In this document: positions 14,655-27,133 of the stretch, one piece after another
How positions within the stretch are numbered: the first letter of the stretch is position 1
How the letters are laid out: each line of letters opens with the position of its first letter
Assembly (NCBI GenBank): GCA_964016885.1
Contig: OZ024750.1
Span: 27,714,001-27,778,000, forward strand
Origin: Eledone cirrhosa
Lineage: Eukaryota
Direction: 5' to 3'
Length of the DNA: 64,000 nt
Notes under the pieces: generated by a model
Databases searched by the model: none
What the model was told of the DNA's origin: nothing
What the model saw: only the letters and a program-made list of their open reading frames with translations
Position numbers and translations under genes: made by a program

Positions 14655-14807
14655 TTTAGGCCGGGGGATTGACAGAATCATTAGAACCTCGGGCAAAAAT
14701 GTTTTCAACCATTAGTTACGGCTTGGGGTGAAGTCCTACCGGGGTCAATTTTGCCTTTCCTCCTTCCGAATTTGATATAATATAGTACCAGTCAAATACT
14801 GGGGTCG

Positions 14808-14810
<3 letters not shown>
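14655..14810 (+). mobile_element. Degenerate SINE1-related copy
   Basis: Core TTTGCCTTTCCTCCTTCCGAATTTGATATAATATAGTACC. Confidence 0.55.
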
Positions 14811-14860
<50 letters not shown>

Positions 14861-14875
14861 TACATACATACATAT

Positions 14876-16232
14876 ATATATACTATAAAGCTGACGGCCG
14901 TATGTAGGTAACAAACATTCCGCCAAACGACTGAACAAAACAGCACCAAATTTGCACCATAGATATAACTTTTTCCAAGTAAAAAAATGAGGGTTTTTTG
15001 TCTACTGAATTTTGTTAAAAGATTAAAGACGTTATTTAAATATTCACTTCTTTAAAATTTCAAATGTCAACACTTCCGTTTATACGTCATTCCTCACTTT
15101 TTCTTATGACGTCGCACAACATTCCCCTCTTTTTCTTAGCCTGGCTTTTTAGATAGATACATAGCATTAGATAACGTTTTTCGACATATTTACTTCTGCG
15201 CTCACAGACTGATTTTTTTAATTAAGGGTAAAAGCAGCGATTCTTTGCTTAAACTTTAATGTTTAATTTAATATATATATTCGTGTACAGATATTTTTGC
15301 ATACACAAAAACAAAAACCTATTTATTTTACGAAAGCACAGACGGCTTATCGTCATTGTTACTGTTCGAGGTTAGAGGACCACAGTCTTTCCAAGATCCG
15401 AGAACCATCAATGGCCATCAATGTTCCACTTTCCGTTTGGCTCGCCAGATGCGTGGTATGTTACACAATGACAGCAATTGGCACCTCCCCATGCAAGAAG
15501 CAGCAGCTGCTAAAGTCCCTTCTCAGCTGCGAACACCTTTTGCTATTATGCTGCACAACTGCGATCTCGCCGACCCTCTCACACTGTGGAACAACCTCCG
15601 TGAAAGTCTAGCTAAGGACATCCTCCACCACAAACGCAGACACAATCCAAACGTAACATACGATGTCGTTATCAATGAGGCGTTCATTTGTCTTGAAAAC
15701 AGTGTCCTGGGGATTGGTGGTAGGCCTCTAAGTCCTAAGTTTATCTGCTCCTGACAGGAGTGTCCAGAGGTCAACGTCTACAGAGCTTCTCCGTGAGACG
15801 AGCTACGAAATCAGTGATTCTCCCATGGTCAATTGTATGTAGGATGCTCTAGGGTGAGCTGGCCAAACAATCTTTGCTCAGGAGGGCCGAACAAAAAATA
15901 TTGTATACTCTGAGGCTCTAACAATGTAATTTACATATTTTCTGTTACTTGGAATTTCCATTATGGTTGTACAAATTATTGTTTGTTAAAAAATGTGTTC
16001 TCTGTTCAGCCTTTATTGTTGTAACTATCAATTTTCTTTAACGTACTGGATGCTGAACTGGGGAATCCTAAAAACTGTTCAAACCCAATATCAGAGCAGG
16101 TTAACCCCCCCCCCCCCCCGCCGCGCTGACTTGAGAGGGCGTGCGGTATCTTTGCACTGGAGTGTAAGGGGGGTTCCTGAAAAGATAAAATGCCGGTATA
16201 CCTAGCCCAGCGCCAGCGGGACGGGCCAGCAA

Positions 16233-16233
<1 letters not shown>
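14876..16233 (+). mobile_element. Non-autonomous, internally deleted Helitron
   Basis: 5' TATACTATAAAGCTGA; internal RepHel fragment; 3' GC-rich hairpin GCCC..GGGC followed by CAAG|T (degenerate CTRR). Confidence 0.7.
15350..15830 (+). pseudogene. Helitron Rep-helicase interdomain fragment
   Basis: VRGPQSFQDPRTINGHQCSTFRLARQMRGMLHNDSNW..MQEAAAAKVPSQLRTPFAIMLHNCDLADPLTLW matches the typical RepHel linker pattern (GPTSFEDLRTVNG..TFREAC..GLL.DD..W..A..QLR.LF). Confidence 0.85.
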
Positions 16234-16276
<43 letters not shown>

Positions 16277-17387
16277 TGAAACTCGAAACCGATTCGGTAA
16301 AGGTAACTATAGTAAGTAAAGTTAATTTTTTAAAATTTATTTTGAAACTTTTTCTTATTTGCTAAACCTGATTATAAGATATCAAGGCCAGCAATTACGA
16401 TCGTTTCAGAGGGTTGATCATATTGACATATTGACTGATCTATAGCAGTTATATAACTATACTCTCAGACTTCATATATAGGTTCGATCAGACCGTCTTC
16501 TTCGGCAACAATGAATTTCACTGGATTACTCACTATCAGATTACATTGAATTCTATCTACGGTACGGACCCTAACACGAAGGGTAGACCACATTAATATA
16601 CATTTCGTTTTGTATCTGCTTTGTTAGACTTCTTATCTGAAAACGGGGGAGGGGCATGCTGCCATTAAAACACACGCAGCTGTTGGTTATCACTTCAATT
16701 TATTATAAAATTCCAGTTGGGTAGTTTAATGGCCGGATGGTTGTTTATTTGTTTATTGTCAAAGCTCATTCGTTACATATTCTGTGACCTCCTCATTGAC
16801 AAAATTGTTATTTGTCTTTGTTCTGTCCTATGCCATCTTTAGGAGATCACGTATGATATTTATCATAGAGCTATTTCGCTGTCTTCTCGTAGAATCAGTC
16901 TGACATTGGGTATAGGAAATTTGATCCTACAATTAATGTTAGTGGGTTCATTTTCACAGTGTTGAATCTTGGGTAAGTTTCATTTACCATACCAACCGTT
17001 TGACCCAAAGCCTGCGAATGAAATTAGTTAGACATATCCTGCTTGGGAGCCCATCGTATGGACCATACCTGTAATTCAATGGGGAAAAGGGTCATTGTGT
17101 CATACAGTATAACTGTGAAACTCCCAGAGAAATAACACTCGTTTATGTAATATTTAGCGACTTGAATCTTAATTTTAAGAGCAGGCACATTCTTTCCATT
17201 CAATTCCATATGTGTGTATGTATGTATGTATGTATGTATGTATGTATGTATGTATGTATGTATGTATGTATGTATGTATGTATGTATGTTGCGTGTATAT
17301 GTGTGTGTATATGTGTATGTATGGTATTATGTGTGTATATATGTGTGTATGTATATATGTGTGTATGTGTGTACGTATGTATGTATC

Positions 17388-17798
17388 GGGAGAGATGACC
17401 CCTTAGCCTTTGTCAAGGCAGAATTCTAGGAGAAGGAAAACTCTGATATAACACCTGCAACCCTGATGGTATCCAATGATGTTGACTTGTTCTTCTTTTT
17501 GGTAAATATCATCTTGGTTAAGAGAGTGGGACTGGCTTTGTGCAGTGCCTTTGTTAACTATAAAAGCTTCACGGCACAGGCATTGCTTTATATCTGGAGA
17601 TCTCTCTGCACTTGTCGTCACATGGTACCATGGGCCCAGCACTATGTGTCAATAATTGTCACAAGTGTAGTGTTTGTACCAGAGTTTTCAAGTCTCTGGC
17701 TGGACTAAAAAGTTACACTCGTTCAGCGCATCGGTAGGGGTTCTCCTACATGGATATAAAGTAGTGGCCGTACTCGAAAACGAGTTGGTAGCCACCAT
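17388..17798 (+). mobile_element. RTE-derived non-autonomous element, subtype A, 5'-truncated
   Basis: Near-identical to 8237-8646. Confidence 0.8.
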
Positions 17799-17868
17799 GT
17801 ATGTATGCATATTTTATATATGAATGTATGATTTATCTATGTATATACACACACACACGTTGTACACG

Positions 17869-17924
<56 letters not shown>

Positions 17925-18189
17925 TAACCCGGGTTCCATCGGGGGTACCCACAATAAAGTACTCAATACATAGCAGAGAGTATAAATATTTAATATAGAA
18001 ATGGCTTATATATATATATATAAATACATATATATGTGTGTGTGTATGTGTGTGTGTGTGTATGTGTGTGTGTACACAATAGACACCACATACCAGCTTG
18101 AATAGATTGAAGATAGGTGCAGTAAAGAAAAGTTAAAAACAAGTTTGAGCACGTGGTTGTAGTAATCCAGCATCAATAGATAGAGAGAT

Positions 18190-18358
18190 AGTGGTGGTGG
18201 TGGTGGTAGTGATGGTGGTGATGGTGGTGGTGGTGGTGGTGGGGGTGGTCGTTATGGTGGTGGTCGTGGTGGGGGTGGAGGGAGATGATTTACACATTTA
18301 CGTCAATTGAACGAAAAAGGCGGGAAAGCATTTATATCAGCAGCAGTGCTGGTGGTGT

Positions 18359-18394
<36 letters not shown>

Positions 18395-18730
18395 AAGCAG
18401 TGGCACTATCAGTAGTAGTAACAGTAGAAATAGTAATAGTACTAATAGTAGTAGTGGTAGTGGGGTGGTAGTAGTAGTAGTTGTAGTAGTGGTAGAAGAA
18501 GCAGTGGCACTAGTAGTAGCAGTAGAAATAGTAATAGTACTAATACTATTAGTAGTGGTAAAGGCGGTAGTGGTAGTGGTGGTGGTAGTAGTAGTAACAG
18601 TAGTAGTAGTAGCAACAGCAGTAGTAGTAATAGTAGTAGAAATAGTAATAGTAGTATTTGTAGTAGTAGTAGTAGTAGCAGCAGCAGCAGTAGCAGCAGT
18701 AGTAGTAGTAGTAGTAGTAGTAGTAGCAGC

Positions 18731-18773
<43 letters not shown>

Positions 18774-18774
18774 A

Positions 18775-18807
<33 letters not shown>

Positions 18808-18865
18808 AAATAGTAGTAGTAGTAGTAGTAGTAGAAGTAGTAGTAGTAGTGGTGATGGTGGTAGC
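18190..18865. repeat. (GGT)n and (AGT/AGC)n trinucleotide microsatellites
   Basis: Direct reading. Confidence 0.95.
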
Positions 18866-19188
18866 ATGTAGATGTAGGCTAACATGTCAGTATGTGATGT
18901 GGACCACTGGCTGCTGCTGATGTTTTCCTTATCTGTGTAAGCTTATGTACACTAAGAATATATCACTTGTACTTGAGAAGAGTTTCATGCTCTCTCACGG
19001 AAAAATTAAAGCAAAAAAATAACAAACAAACAAAAAACCAATCTTCTAAACTCACACAAAGAGACACACCCATGTATGTATATATATATATATAACTGTT
19101 TCTACTTTAGGCACAAGGCCAGCAATAAACCAGTGCATTACTGGTACTTTATTTTATCGACCCCGTAAAGGATGAAAGGCAAAGTCAA

Positions 19189-19364
19189 AACGAAGGAAAT
19201 GTGGTAAGGAACCAGATGGACCATAACGCACCAATACTAGAGAGTGGGTAATAGGAACGAGTAGGACCCCGATGGCTGAGCTCAAGCCGTTTCGACGGCT
19301 AATTCTGGAGTCCAGAATTAGCCGTCGAAACGGCTTGAGCTCAGCCGTCGGGGTCCTACTCGTT

Positions 19365-19368
<4 letters not shown>
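19189..19368. mobile_element. Family B fold-back element
   Basis: Palindrome centred at about 19309-19310 (CTGGAGTCCAG) with GAAACGGCTTGAGCTCAGCCGTC; tail on the left. Confidence 0.8.
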
Positions 19369-19448
<80 letters not shown>

Positions 19449-19451
<3 letters not shown>

Positions 19452-19615
19452 CGTTTCTGAATTTGTTTAGCAAGATTCTTTATCTGAAAACGTGTGTTGA
19501 AACCGATATTGTTATACTTTGGGAGGGTCATGTTGCCAATAAGAAACACACACACCAGTTGCTTTCACTTCAATTTATTATAATAAATTTAGAAATTTAG
19601 AAATTTGTAAATTTC
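19449..19615 (+). mobile_element. TA-embedded repeat, family G
   Basis: Homologs at 16603-16710, 21573-21681 (minus) and 26696-26840. Confidence 0.6.
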
Positions 19616-20161
19616 ATATATATATATGTAAAACGAAGGAGTTGTGGTAAGGAACCAGATGGACCATAACGCAATACTTAGAGTACTCAATACTTAGGGT
19701 AGTAGAGTGGGTAATAGGAAAAGGTATGACCTCGACGGCAGAGCTCAAGCCGTTTCGACGGGGTCATACCTTTTCCTATATATATATGTATATATATATA
19801 TGCATAGATATACATAGACATTTGCATATGTACGTACATACATTCATACATACATGCATTCATGCATACATACATACATACCCGTACATACATACAGTAT
19901 GACTGAACTTGGATTTGCGGACAAAGCGCGCAGCTCCCTAATTCATGGTCTACAAATGGCTGCGATAGCTGGCACCTTCAAAATTTGCAAAACATTCTTG
20001 CGATTCAAGGAATGACAATTTTTTTTCTTTTACAACCTTGCCACCAGGAAGGTGGCCGATCAAAAAAATATACTCGAAATTAAGAGAAAGAGATAATATA
20101 CACACATATATATATAGTGACGAAACATAAGTCAATTGCATGAACTCATAATCCTTTATTT

Positions 20162-20217
20162 ACTGCTATATATATTTCGATGATAGCCATTGAATGGCTA
20201 TGAACTCATCAGGCAGT
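20162..20217 (-). ncRNA. Type I hammerhead ribozyme (family E)
   Basis: Minus strand reads ACTGC CTGATGA GTTC ATAGCC attcaat GGCTAT CATC GAAA TATATA TA GCAGT. Confidence 0.8.
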
Positions 20218-20280
20218 TAGTCAGTTCTTAGATATGCCAGCTCTGTGTTTTTGGTGTTGATGGTTTCAGAGCCTTGGGAC

Positions 20281-20339
<59 letters not shown>

Positions 20340-20519
20340 TTTAGAAACACAACAGTTAGTTCACCATAACGAGACCAATTGTTTCAATTTAAACAATTGT
20401 TCTCGGTATGGTGAACTAACTGTTGTGTTTCCACTTCTACCTAACTCGTCCCATGGACTGAGTGTTTACCACTACGGATATTACCTTCTCTCTCTATATA
20501 TATATATATATATATAATA

Positions 20520-21321
20520 GAATAATCGAGTATCGGAAAATCAGCTCACGAATTTACGATAAACAAAATCCGACATGAGTGGCAGAGGGCTCAATAATTC
20601 AGATAAATCAGAGCTATAACTATCGTTAAGATACCAACACACAAAGATTATGCCTAAAATCACCCGTGCAGCCGAAAAATAACGACCAGGAAGATTCGGG
20701 TCACTCAGATAAAATATCAATAAATCATATGAATGTAAAAAACTTACCCGGACCCACTAGAAAGGTGGTAAATCTAGCTTCTTGGGTTTCTGCTATTCCT
20801 TAATCCGCCCCCTATCAGCCCACATAAAAATATATAAGACTTCTAGGGAGAAGAGGGACCGGAATAACTTTATCAACGGGCCATTGTCCGACGAATGAAG
20901 AAATTAACTATAGCTAAACGCACATGGAGTCTAGCAAGGGAGATAACCTCTATATTCGCGAAAGATAATCGGGAATGTGGAATACACATATCGAATAAGA
21001 GTGCTCGATAGACATGTTAAAATAAACAGGAGCTATTCATCATTCAATAGAATCGACAAAAAATGAACAATAAAATTAACTGGTCATATATATATAATCC
21101 TTTACGCTCTTTCCTAGATTCTTCTACACGCTACATTCTTCTACACGCTACATTCTTCTACACGCTACACATCTCAACGTACACCCACTTACACCTCTCT
21201 CTCCACCACCGGATCTTGTTACCCGGAGATTTACCCATCTGCATTGTCGAGGCTTCCAAAACGACTTAAAGAAATATACCTTATTATTCCACAATGCTTC
21301 AAGCAAACTTCAATACTCTCT

Positions 21322-21330
<9 letters not shown>
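20520..21330 (+). pseudogene. Probable degenerate Penelope-like element 3' end (GIY-YIG C-terminal remnant plus pLTR-like tail)
   Basis: Frameshifted peptides YQRAIVRRMKKLTIAKRTWS and KIIGNVEYTYRIRVLDRHVKINRSYSSFNR; 21220-21330 is homologous to 58340-58440. Confidence 0.4.
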
Positions 21331-21405
<75 letters not shown>

Positions 21406-21674
21406 CACACAACACACACACAAAAACAAGATGGCGTAGGACAGAACAAAGGAGAGGCACAAAAACAAAGAATAGAATCCCCAGTCACTGAAGAGGTCAC
21501 AGAATGTGTGACTGTGACGAAAGAACTTTGACAATATATAAACAATTATCTGGTTGTGGAACCAACCAACCGGAAATTTATAAATTCCTAAATTTATAAA
21601 TTTATTATAATAAATTGAAGTGAAAGCAACTGGTGCGTGTGTTTCTTATTGGCAACATGACCCTCCCAAAGTAT

Positions 21675-21722
<48 letters not shown>

Positions 21723-21860
21723 GTTTATCCCGGGTTCATTCGGGGGTAACTACAGTAAGTAAGGTACTCAATACAAAGCAGAGTATAAATATTTAATGTA
21801 GAAACGCTTCTACAAGACTAGAACCGTTTCATTCCGAAGATATCACCAGAAAGCCGCTTC

Positions 21861-21902
<42 letters not shown>

Positions 21903-22184
21903 ACGATATTGCGATCTATATTGTGGATACACCATGTAGGTTATATATGTTACACTCAGCCTCAGGGTTATGTCCAGGTCAGTAAAAAATCTTTTCCTGG
22001 GTCCTGTATTTTCGTTGTTCTGGTAATGCGGTCGGACTGCCGACTGCTATATCTGATTTGCTAAGCTGTCTGAACGTAATATTATTACTCTGGGGGTCTT
22101 ACCTCATCTGAGTGCTAAAGCTACAGACCGAATATGCATACACGCTAGCTTGGCCGTATACTAGAGCTTCGTCTGTGCTGTACT

Positions 22185-22235
<51 letters not shown>

Positions 22236-22237
<2 letters not shown>

Positions 22238-22436
22238 GTAGAACACTGGAGGGTTATATCCGTAGTAGTAGTAGAGCACTCAGTCCATGGGACGATTTTA
22301 ATAGAAGTAGTACCACAACAGTTAGTTCACCATACCGAGAACAAATGTTTCACCTTATGCGGATCTTCAGGTCGTCTGCATATGGTGAAGCATTTTGTTC
22401 TCGGTATGGTGAACTAACTATTGTGGAACTACTTCT
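22236..22436. mobile_element. Family A fold-back element with a minus-strand hammerhead (about 22336-22374)
   Basis: Minus strand reads CTGAAGA TCCGCATAAGGT GAAA CATTTG TT CTCGG; inverted arms; flanked by TA. Confidence 0.75.
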
Positions 22437-22647
22437 ATATATATATATATATACACACACACATACACATATATATATATACAAGTATATATGTGTGTGT
22501 ATGTAAGTATTTATGTTTATTATATTATATATATATACATATATATGAAAAGATTCAGGACCCCGACGGCTGAGCTCCGGCCGTTTCGACAGCTAGATCC
22601 GAATTATGGTCCACCAGGTATTGCTTAAACTTTAATCTGTTATTTTA

Positions 22648-22713
<66 letters not shown>

Positions 22714-22949
22714 TGTATGTTCATATATATATATTCAATGTGTGTATTCACTCTTGATTAATAGGAGTTGCATTTATGTGTTTGTAGAAGCTTTTTTCAT
22801 TATATTTTACTTTACAATCTAGTATTTTCCGTTTCCTCTTCATTCTTCTTCTTATTTACTTGAAATAAACTGCACCCAATGTATGAATATAATCATACGT
22901 TTATGTAGGTGTCTAATAATATACCCACTTTGCCATGACTACTCTTGCT

Positions 22950-23074
22950 GTTTTGTCAAGATTTGTATTGAGACATTTACTCACATACCCCAGTGCCCCA
23001 ATAATGACAGGTATAAATCTGAAGGCGTAGTCATGGTGGAGTATCTGCTGAATTCTCATTAGTTCTGCATAAAT
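22950..23074 (-). pseudogene. Restriction-like endonuclease (RLE) C-terminal fragment of an R4/Dong/NeSL-type non-LTR element
   Basis: Minus translation IYAELMRIQQILHHDYAFRFIPVIIGALGYVSKCLNTNLDK; Y..L and PVIIGALG are characteristic of RLE ends. Confidence 0.65.
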
Positions 23075-23423
23075 ATTAAATAAATGGAAACTATATTTAT
23101 AAAACCATATTTATTCTATTATATATATTTCATGGGTACTAAAATTTTCGTACGCTATCATCAGATAAAATACAAAATGTTTTATAAATATTTGACATAA
23201 CCAAGGGTAATATACCTTAACGGCTCAAGTTATCCAGATGATAGCGTACCAAAGTTTTGATACCCTTGAAATATATATAATAGAATAAATATGGTTTTAT
23301 AAATATAGTTTCCATTTATTTAATATCAATGTATATTATACTCCAGTAAAACTGTTGAGTGCTCTAAATCAGTTATAAACATTTATATTTGTTGAATTAC
23401 CAGCAAATTGAATATCCCTTCTG

Positions 23424-23425
<2 letters not shown>
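23075..23425. mobile_element. Family C fold-back element
   Basis: Inverted arms; minus-strand hammerhead at 23112-23172; plus-strand degenerate hammerhead (CAGATGA) at 23230-23287; tail ACTCCAGTAAAACTGTTGAGTGCT. Confidence 0.75.
23112..23172 (-). ncRNA. Type I hammerhead ribozyme
   Basis: Minus strand reads TATTTTAT CTGATGA TAGCGTAC [loop] GTACCCAT GAAA TATATA TA ATAGAATA. Confidence 0.75.
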
Positions 23426-23464
<39 letters not shown>

Positions 23465-23528
23465 CAAATAGTTATCACTCCACATGGCTGAATACAATAA
23501 ATATAATCTGAGTTTTTCGAATATTAAT

Positions 23529-23717
23529 AATTGTTTCTACTTTAGGCACAAGGCCAGCAATTACCCAGTGCATTACTGGTACTTTATTTTATCGACCCCG
23601 TAAGGATGAAAGGCAAAGTCAACCTCGGCGGGATTTGAACTCAGATGGTAAAGGGACGTAACTATGCTGGAAAGCATGGCGTCCGACCCTCTACCGATAC
23701 TGCCAATCCACCGCCCT
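23529..23717 (-). mobile_element. SINE1 with TSD TTTTCGAATATTAATAAT
   Basis: A/B boxes, core and flanking direct repeat. Confidence 0.9.
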
Positions 23718-23924
23718 GTTCTTTTCGAATATTAATAATAACATTCGATTTGTTTGCAATTATGCAAACAGTCTCTTTTAAGCCATGTCAGTAGAATGAG
23801 CCCCTCATTCTTGCTCTTGTGTTGGCATGTAAACAGAACTGCAGGCACTAATGTTTATGGGTGATTGCCCTTCATCAGTGCAGTTTACTGCCCACCTGCT
23901 AACTGTCAGAGCTAGTGAAAATAT

Positions 23925-24022
<98 letters not shown>

Positions 24023-24152
24023 TGTGTGTGTGGTGTATATATATATATATATATATATGTAGAAAATATGGTCCAAATTGGAGGTGACTACATTTACAAA
24101 AAGTGCTCAGTACGTTGGTAGATTAAAGCCATCTTTATTTTATATAGAAATG

Positions 24153-24201
24153 ACTTCTACAGGAATAAAACTGTTTCATTCGTATAAAATCATCAGGAAA
24201 T
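24153..24201 (-). ncRNA. Type I hammerhead ribozyme (family F)
   Basis: Minus strand reads ATTTC CTGATGA TTTTATACGAAT GAAA CAG TTTTATTC CTG TA GAAGT; related degenerate copies at 21808-21853 and 41041-41082. Confidence 0.65.
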
Positions 24202-24534
24202 GGACATTACTAAACCCATTTCTAAAGATATTGACTGTCTAATCTTAGGTGGAGTATATTTAACGTTTGGTTTAATCATTTGAACAGCCGTGTCAAATTT
24301 TTAGCTATCATATCTAATTTCGAACTTCAAAGAACGATGAGTGGTGACCTTTAATAACACGATAATTGATTCGATGGACTGACTGGAGCAGATATACTTA
24401 GTGATCTGTAAGTAGATATTGGTAAACCATGAACTTCACACTATGTATCAAGTTTTCATTTTACAGGTGTTTCGTATGAACTTACGGTAAATATTTAGAA
24501 ACACTTGACAAACATGTAATATTGTTTTTATTAA

Positions 24535-25000
24535 TGGGTAACATGGAGAAATTATCGCTGGACATATTTTACCGACAAAGTCAACTAACAGAAGACCCAG
24601 GGGTAGACCCTGAACAATATGGTTGGATAACATCTATGAGCTTGACTGGTCACGCTTTGGGAGCCAGCCGGATCAATTGGAGACGGTTCCTTCTAACAAG
24701 ACCCGCTGGAAGAAGTGTTTAAGGACTCTGCTGCCCTTCGCCATACCATGACCCTCTCAGGAATAAGTGAGTGGAGACAGAGAGAAGAGCCCATCTGTGA
24801 ATGGAGCCACGTGACGTGGGATGGCTGTTGCAGCAGGTGTTGCTGGCTAATTTTGGCGGCGGCAATGTCTTTGCCATTTCGTCCGTGGGACGTAGTTGAA
24901 ACAACACTGAGACTTGGGCGGAAAGTCAGGAAACTGAACATTGGTTTCTGATCTCAAACAGGTGAACGACAGACATCTGAGACAGCAACGGTCTCATATG
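24535..25000 (+). mobile_element. RTE LINE 3' end fragments
   Basis: Peptide remnant NRRPRGRP*TIWLDNI..QLETV..KTRWKKCL; homologs at 39390, 47265 (minus) and 51540 end in (GAA)n. Confidence 0.7.
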
Positions 25001-25001
25001 A

Positions 25002-25280
25002 GAGGAGGAGGAGGAGGAGGAGAAGAAGAAGAAGAAGGCAAAGAAGAAGAAGAAGAAGAAGAAGAAGAAGAAGAAGGCAAAGGCGAAGAAGAGAAGAAGA
25101 ATAAGAATAAGAAAAAGAAAAAGAAAAAGAAAAAGAAAAAGAAAAAGAAAAGAAGAAGAAAAGAAGAAGACGAAGAAAAGAAGAAGAAAAGAAGAAGATA
25201 AGAAGAAGAAGAAGAAAAAAAGGAGAAGAAAAAAAAAGAAGAAGAAAAAGAAAAAGAAAAAGAAAAAGAAGAAGAAGAAT
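25002..25280. repeat. (GGA)/(GAA)n purine-rich microsatellite
   Basis: Direct reading. Confidence 0.95.
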
Positions 25281-26452
25281 GAAATATGAAAAAGAGAGAT
25301 AAACACAATATTAAGTAATGAGAAAAGGGGGAATGGGTAAAGAAGGGCAGACCTGGCTGTATGGGAAAGTAGAGGAAAGGACTATAGAATATTTGGCTTA
25401 TTAACACCATAGATACGATATCTTCATTGTCAATACTTTGAAATTCCATTATAACGAAATTCACAGGGTGCCAAAAAAATTGTTATAGCAAAAAATTCTT
25501 TATAACGAGATCGACTTAACACACGACAGACCCCCTGAATTCCGTCTAACTTTCCACAATGTAAGTCAACAATTTTGTTTGACGTTCTCCCTAGAACTCC
25601 TATCTTATTCTTTTTTGATGTTTTTTAGTCTCAGCGATTGAACAATAGTTTTAGCAATTCTACACTGCTGCTGTAATTTCCAAGAGTTCGGAATCCAGAA
25701 ATCTTGGATCAAAATTGAAGCCTAATCGTGTTTATATGCGCCTGGAGTTTAGATCAGAATTTTGATCCTTCTTACATCCTAGAGATATGGTTAATATATG
25801 GTATAAAAAACCTCTTATCCAGCTCACCTGAGAGTTTCTTAACACTGTCATCTGCAATGTTAAATTTGAGGTAGGTTTTTTTTCTCTGAAAAACCTTCTC
25901 TTGTCCAGCTCTTTTGTGAGTTACTTACCACTATCTCCAGCAATGTCTGCTTTAATCTTGGTTGTTTCAAACAACACGACGTACAATATACAACAAAGTT
26001 TGACATATCTATAGGTTGGTAGGGATATAATAACATTACAGCAAATCTACATTTAAACATTTAATGTTTACTATGGTTTACTAGCTCTCATCTTGTTAGA
26101 CAACTCTTTGTTTTTCATTGATGACACTTAAGCGAACACAAAAGACCAAGTGAATTAGGACATGGTTAATACATAATAAATAAAAAAAGCATCGACTGTT
26201 ATACACATAGATAAAGTGACCGTGCATTTTGTGGAAAAGAAGTTATATTTTAAGGACAAAACATTTTCTCATTAAAGTACACGTAGAGGACAATTATCGG
26301 TGCATCGGGAATTTAAAACAAAATATTTACTTCTACTGCATGTTAAGAGATCACTCGTTAAACAGGTTGCCGGATTGTAAATCGAATTGATTTTCATATT
26401 ATTTAATTTTCACGTTGAAATGTAGTCAGGAAGTTATTTAAATTTCCTTCTA

Positions 26453-26657
26453 TGAGTGGTAAGAGAATTGGAATCGCAATCGTGAGGTTGTGAGTTCGAT
26501 TCCTGCATAGGGCGATGTGTTATGTCCTTGAGCAAGATACTTTATTTCACGTTGCTCCTTCTACCTGGAGTTGCGACCGATAGATAGTATTAGAAATTGA
26601 AAAGACCATCGGAAACATTGTTTCCTCGGTCCGATTTGACGAAAAGTCGATCAACTG

Positions 26658-26661
<4 letters not shown>
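26453..26661 (+). mobile_element. SINE2 (CORE-type)
   Basis: Matches 8915-9120; ends at (TA)n. Confidence 0.8.
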
Positions 26662-26698
<37 letters not shown>

Positions 26699-26839
26699 CG
26701 TTTTTGAATTTGTTTTGCGAGATTTGTTATCTGAAAACGTGTGTTCAAACAGATATTGTTATACTTTGGGAGGGTCATGTTACCAATAAAAACAGGTGTT
26801 TGTGTTTATTGGCAACACGATCCTCCCAAAATACAGCAT

Positions 26840-26941
<102 letters not shown>

Positions 26942-27042
26942 GAAGAAGGGAAACAAAACGATGCTAGCACTTAATCAGTTCCTTGTTTTACGATCGTTTC
27001 AGAATTTTATTATGATAAATCAATATACTGGTTATGTAAAGC

Positions 27043-27133
<91 letters not shown>

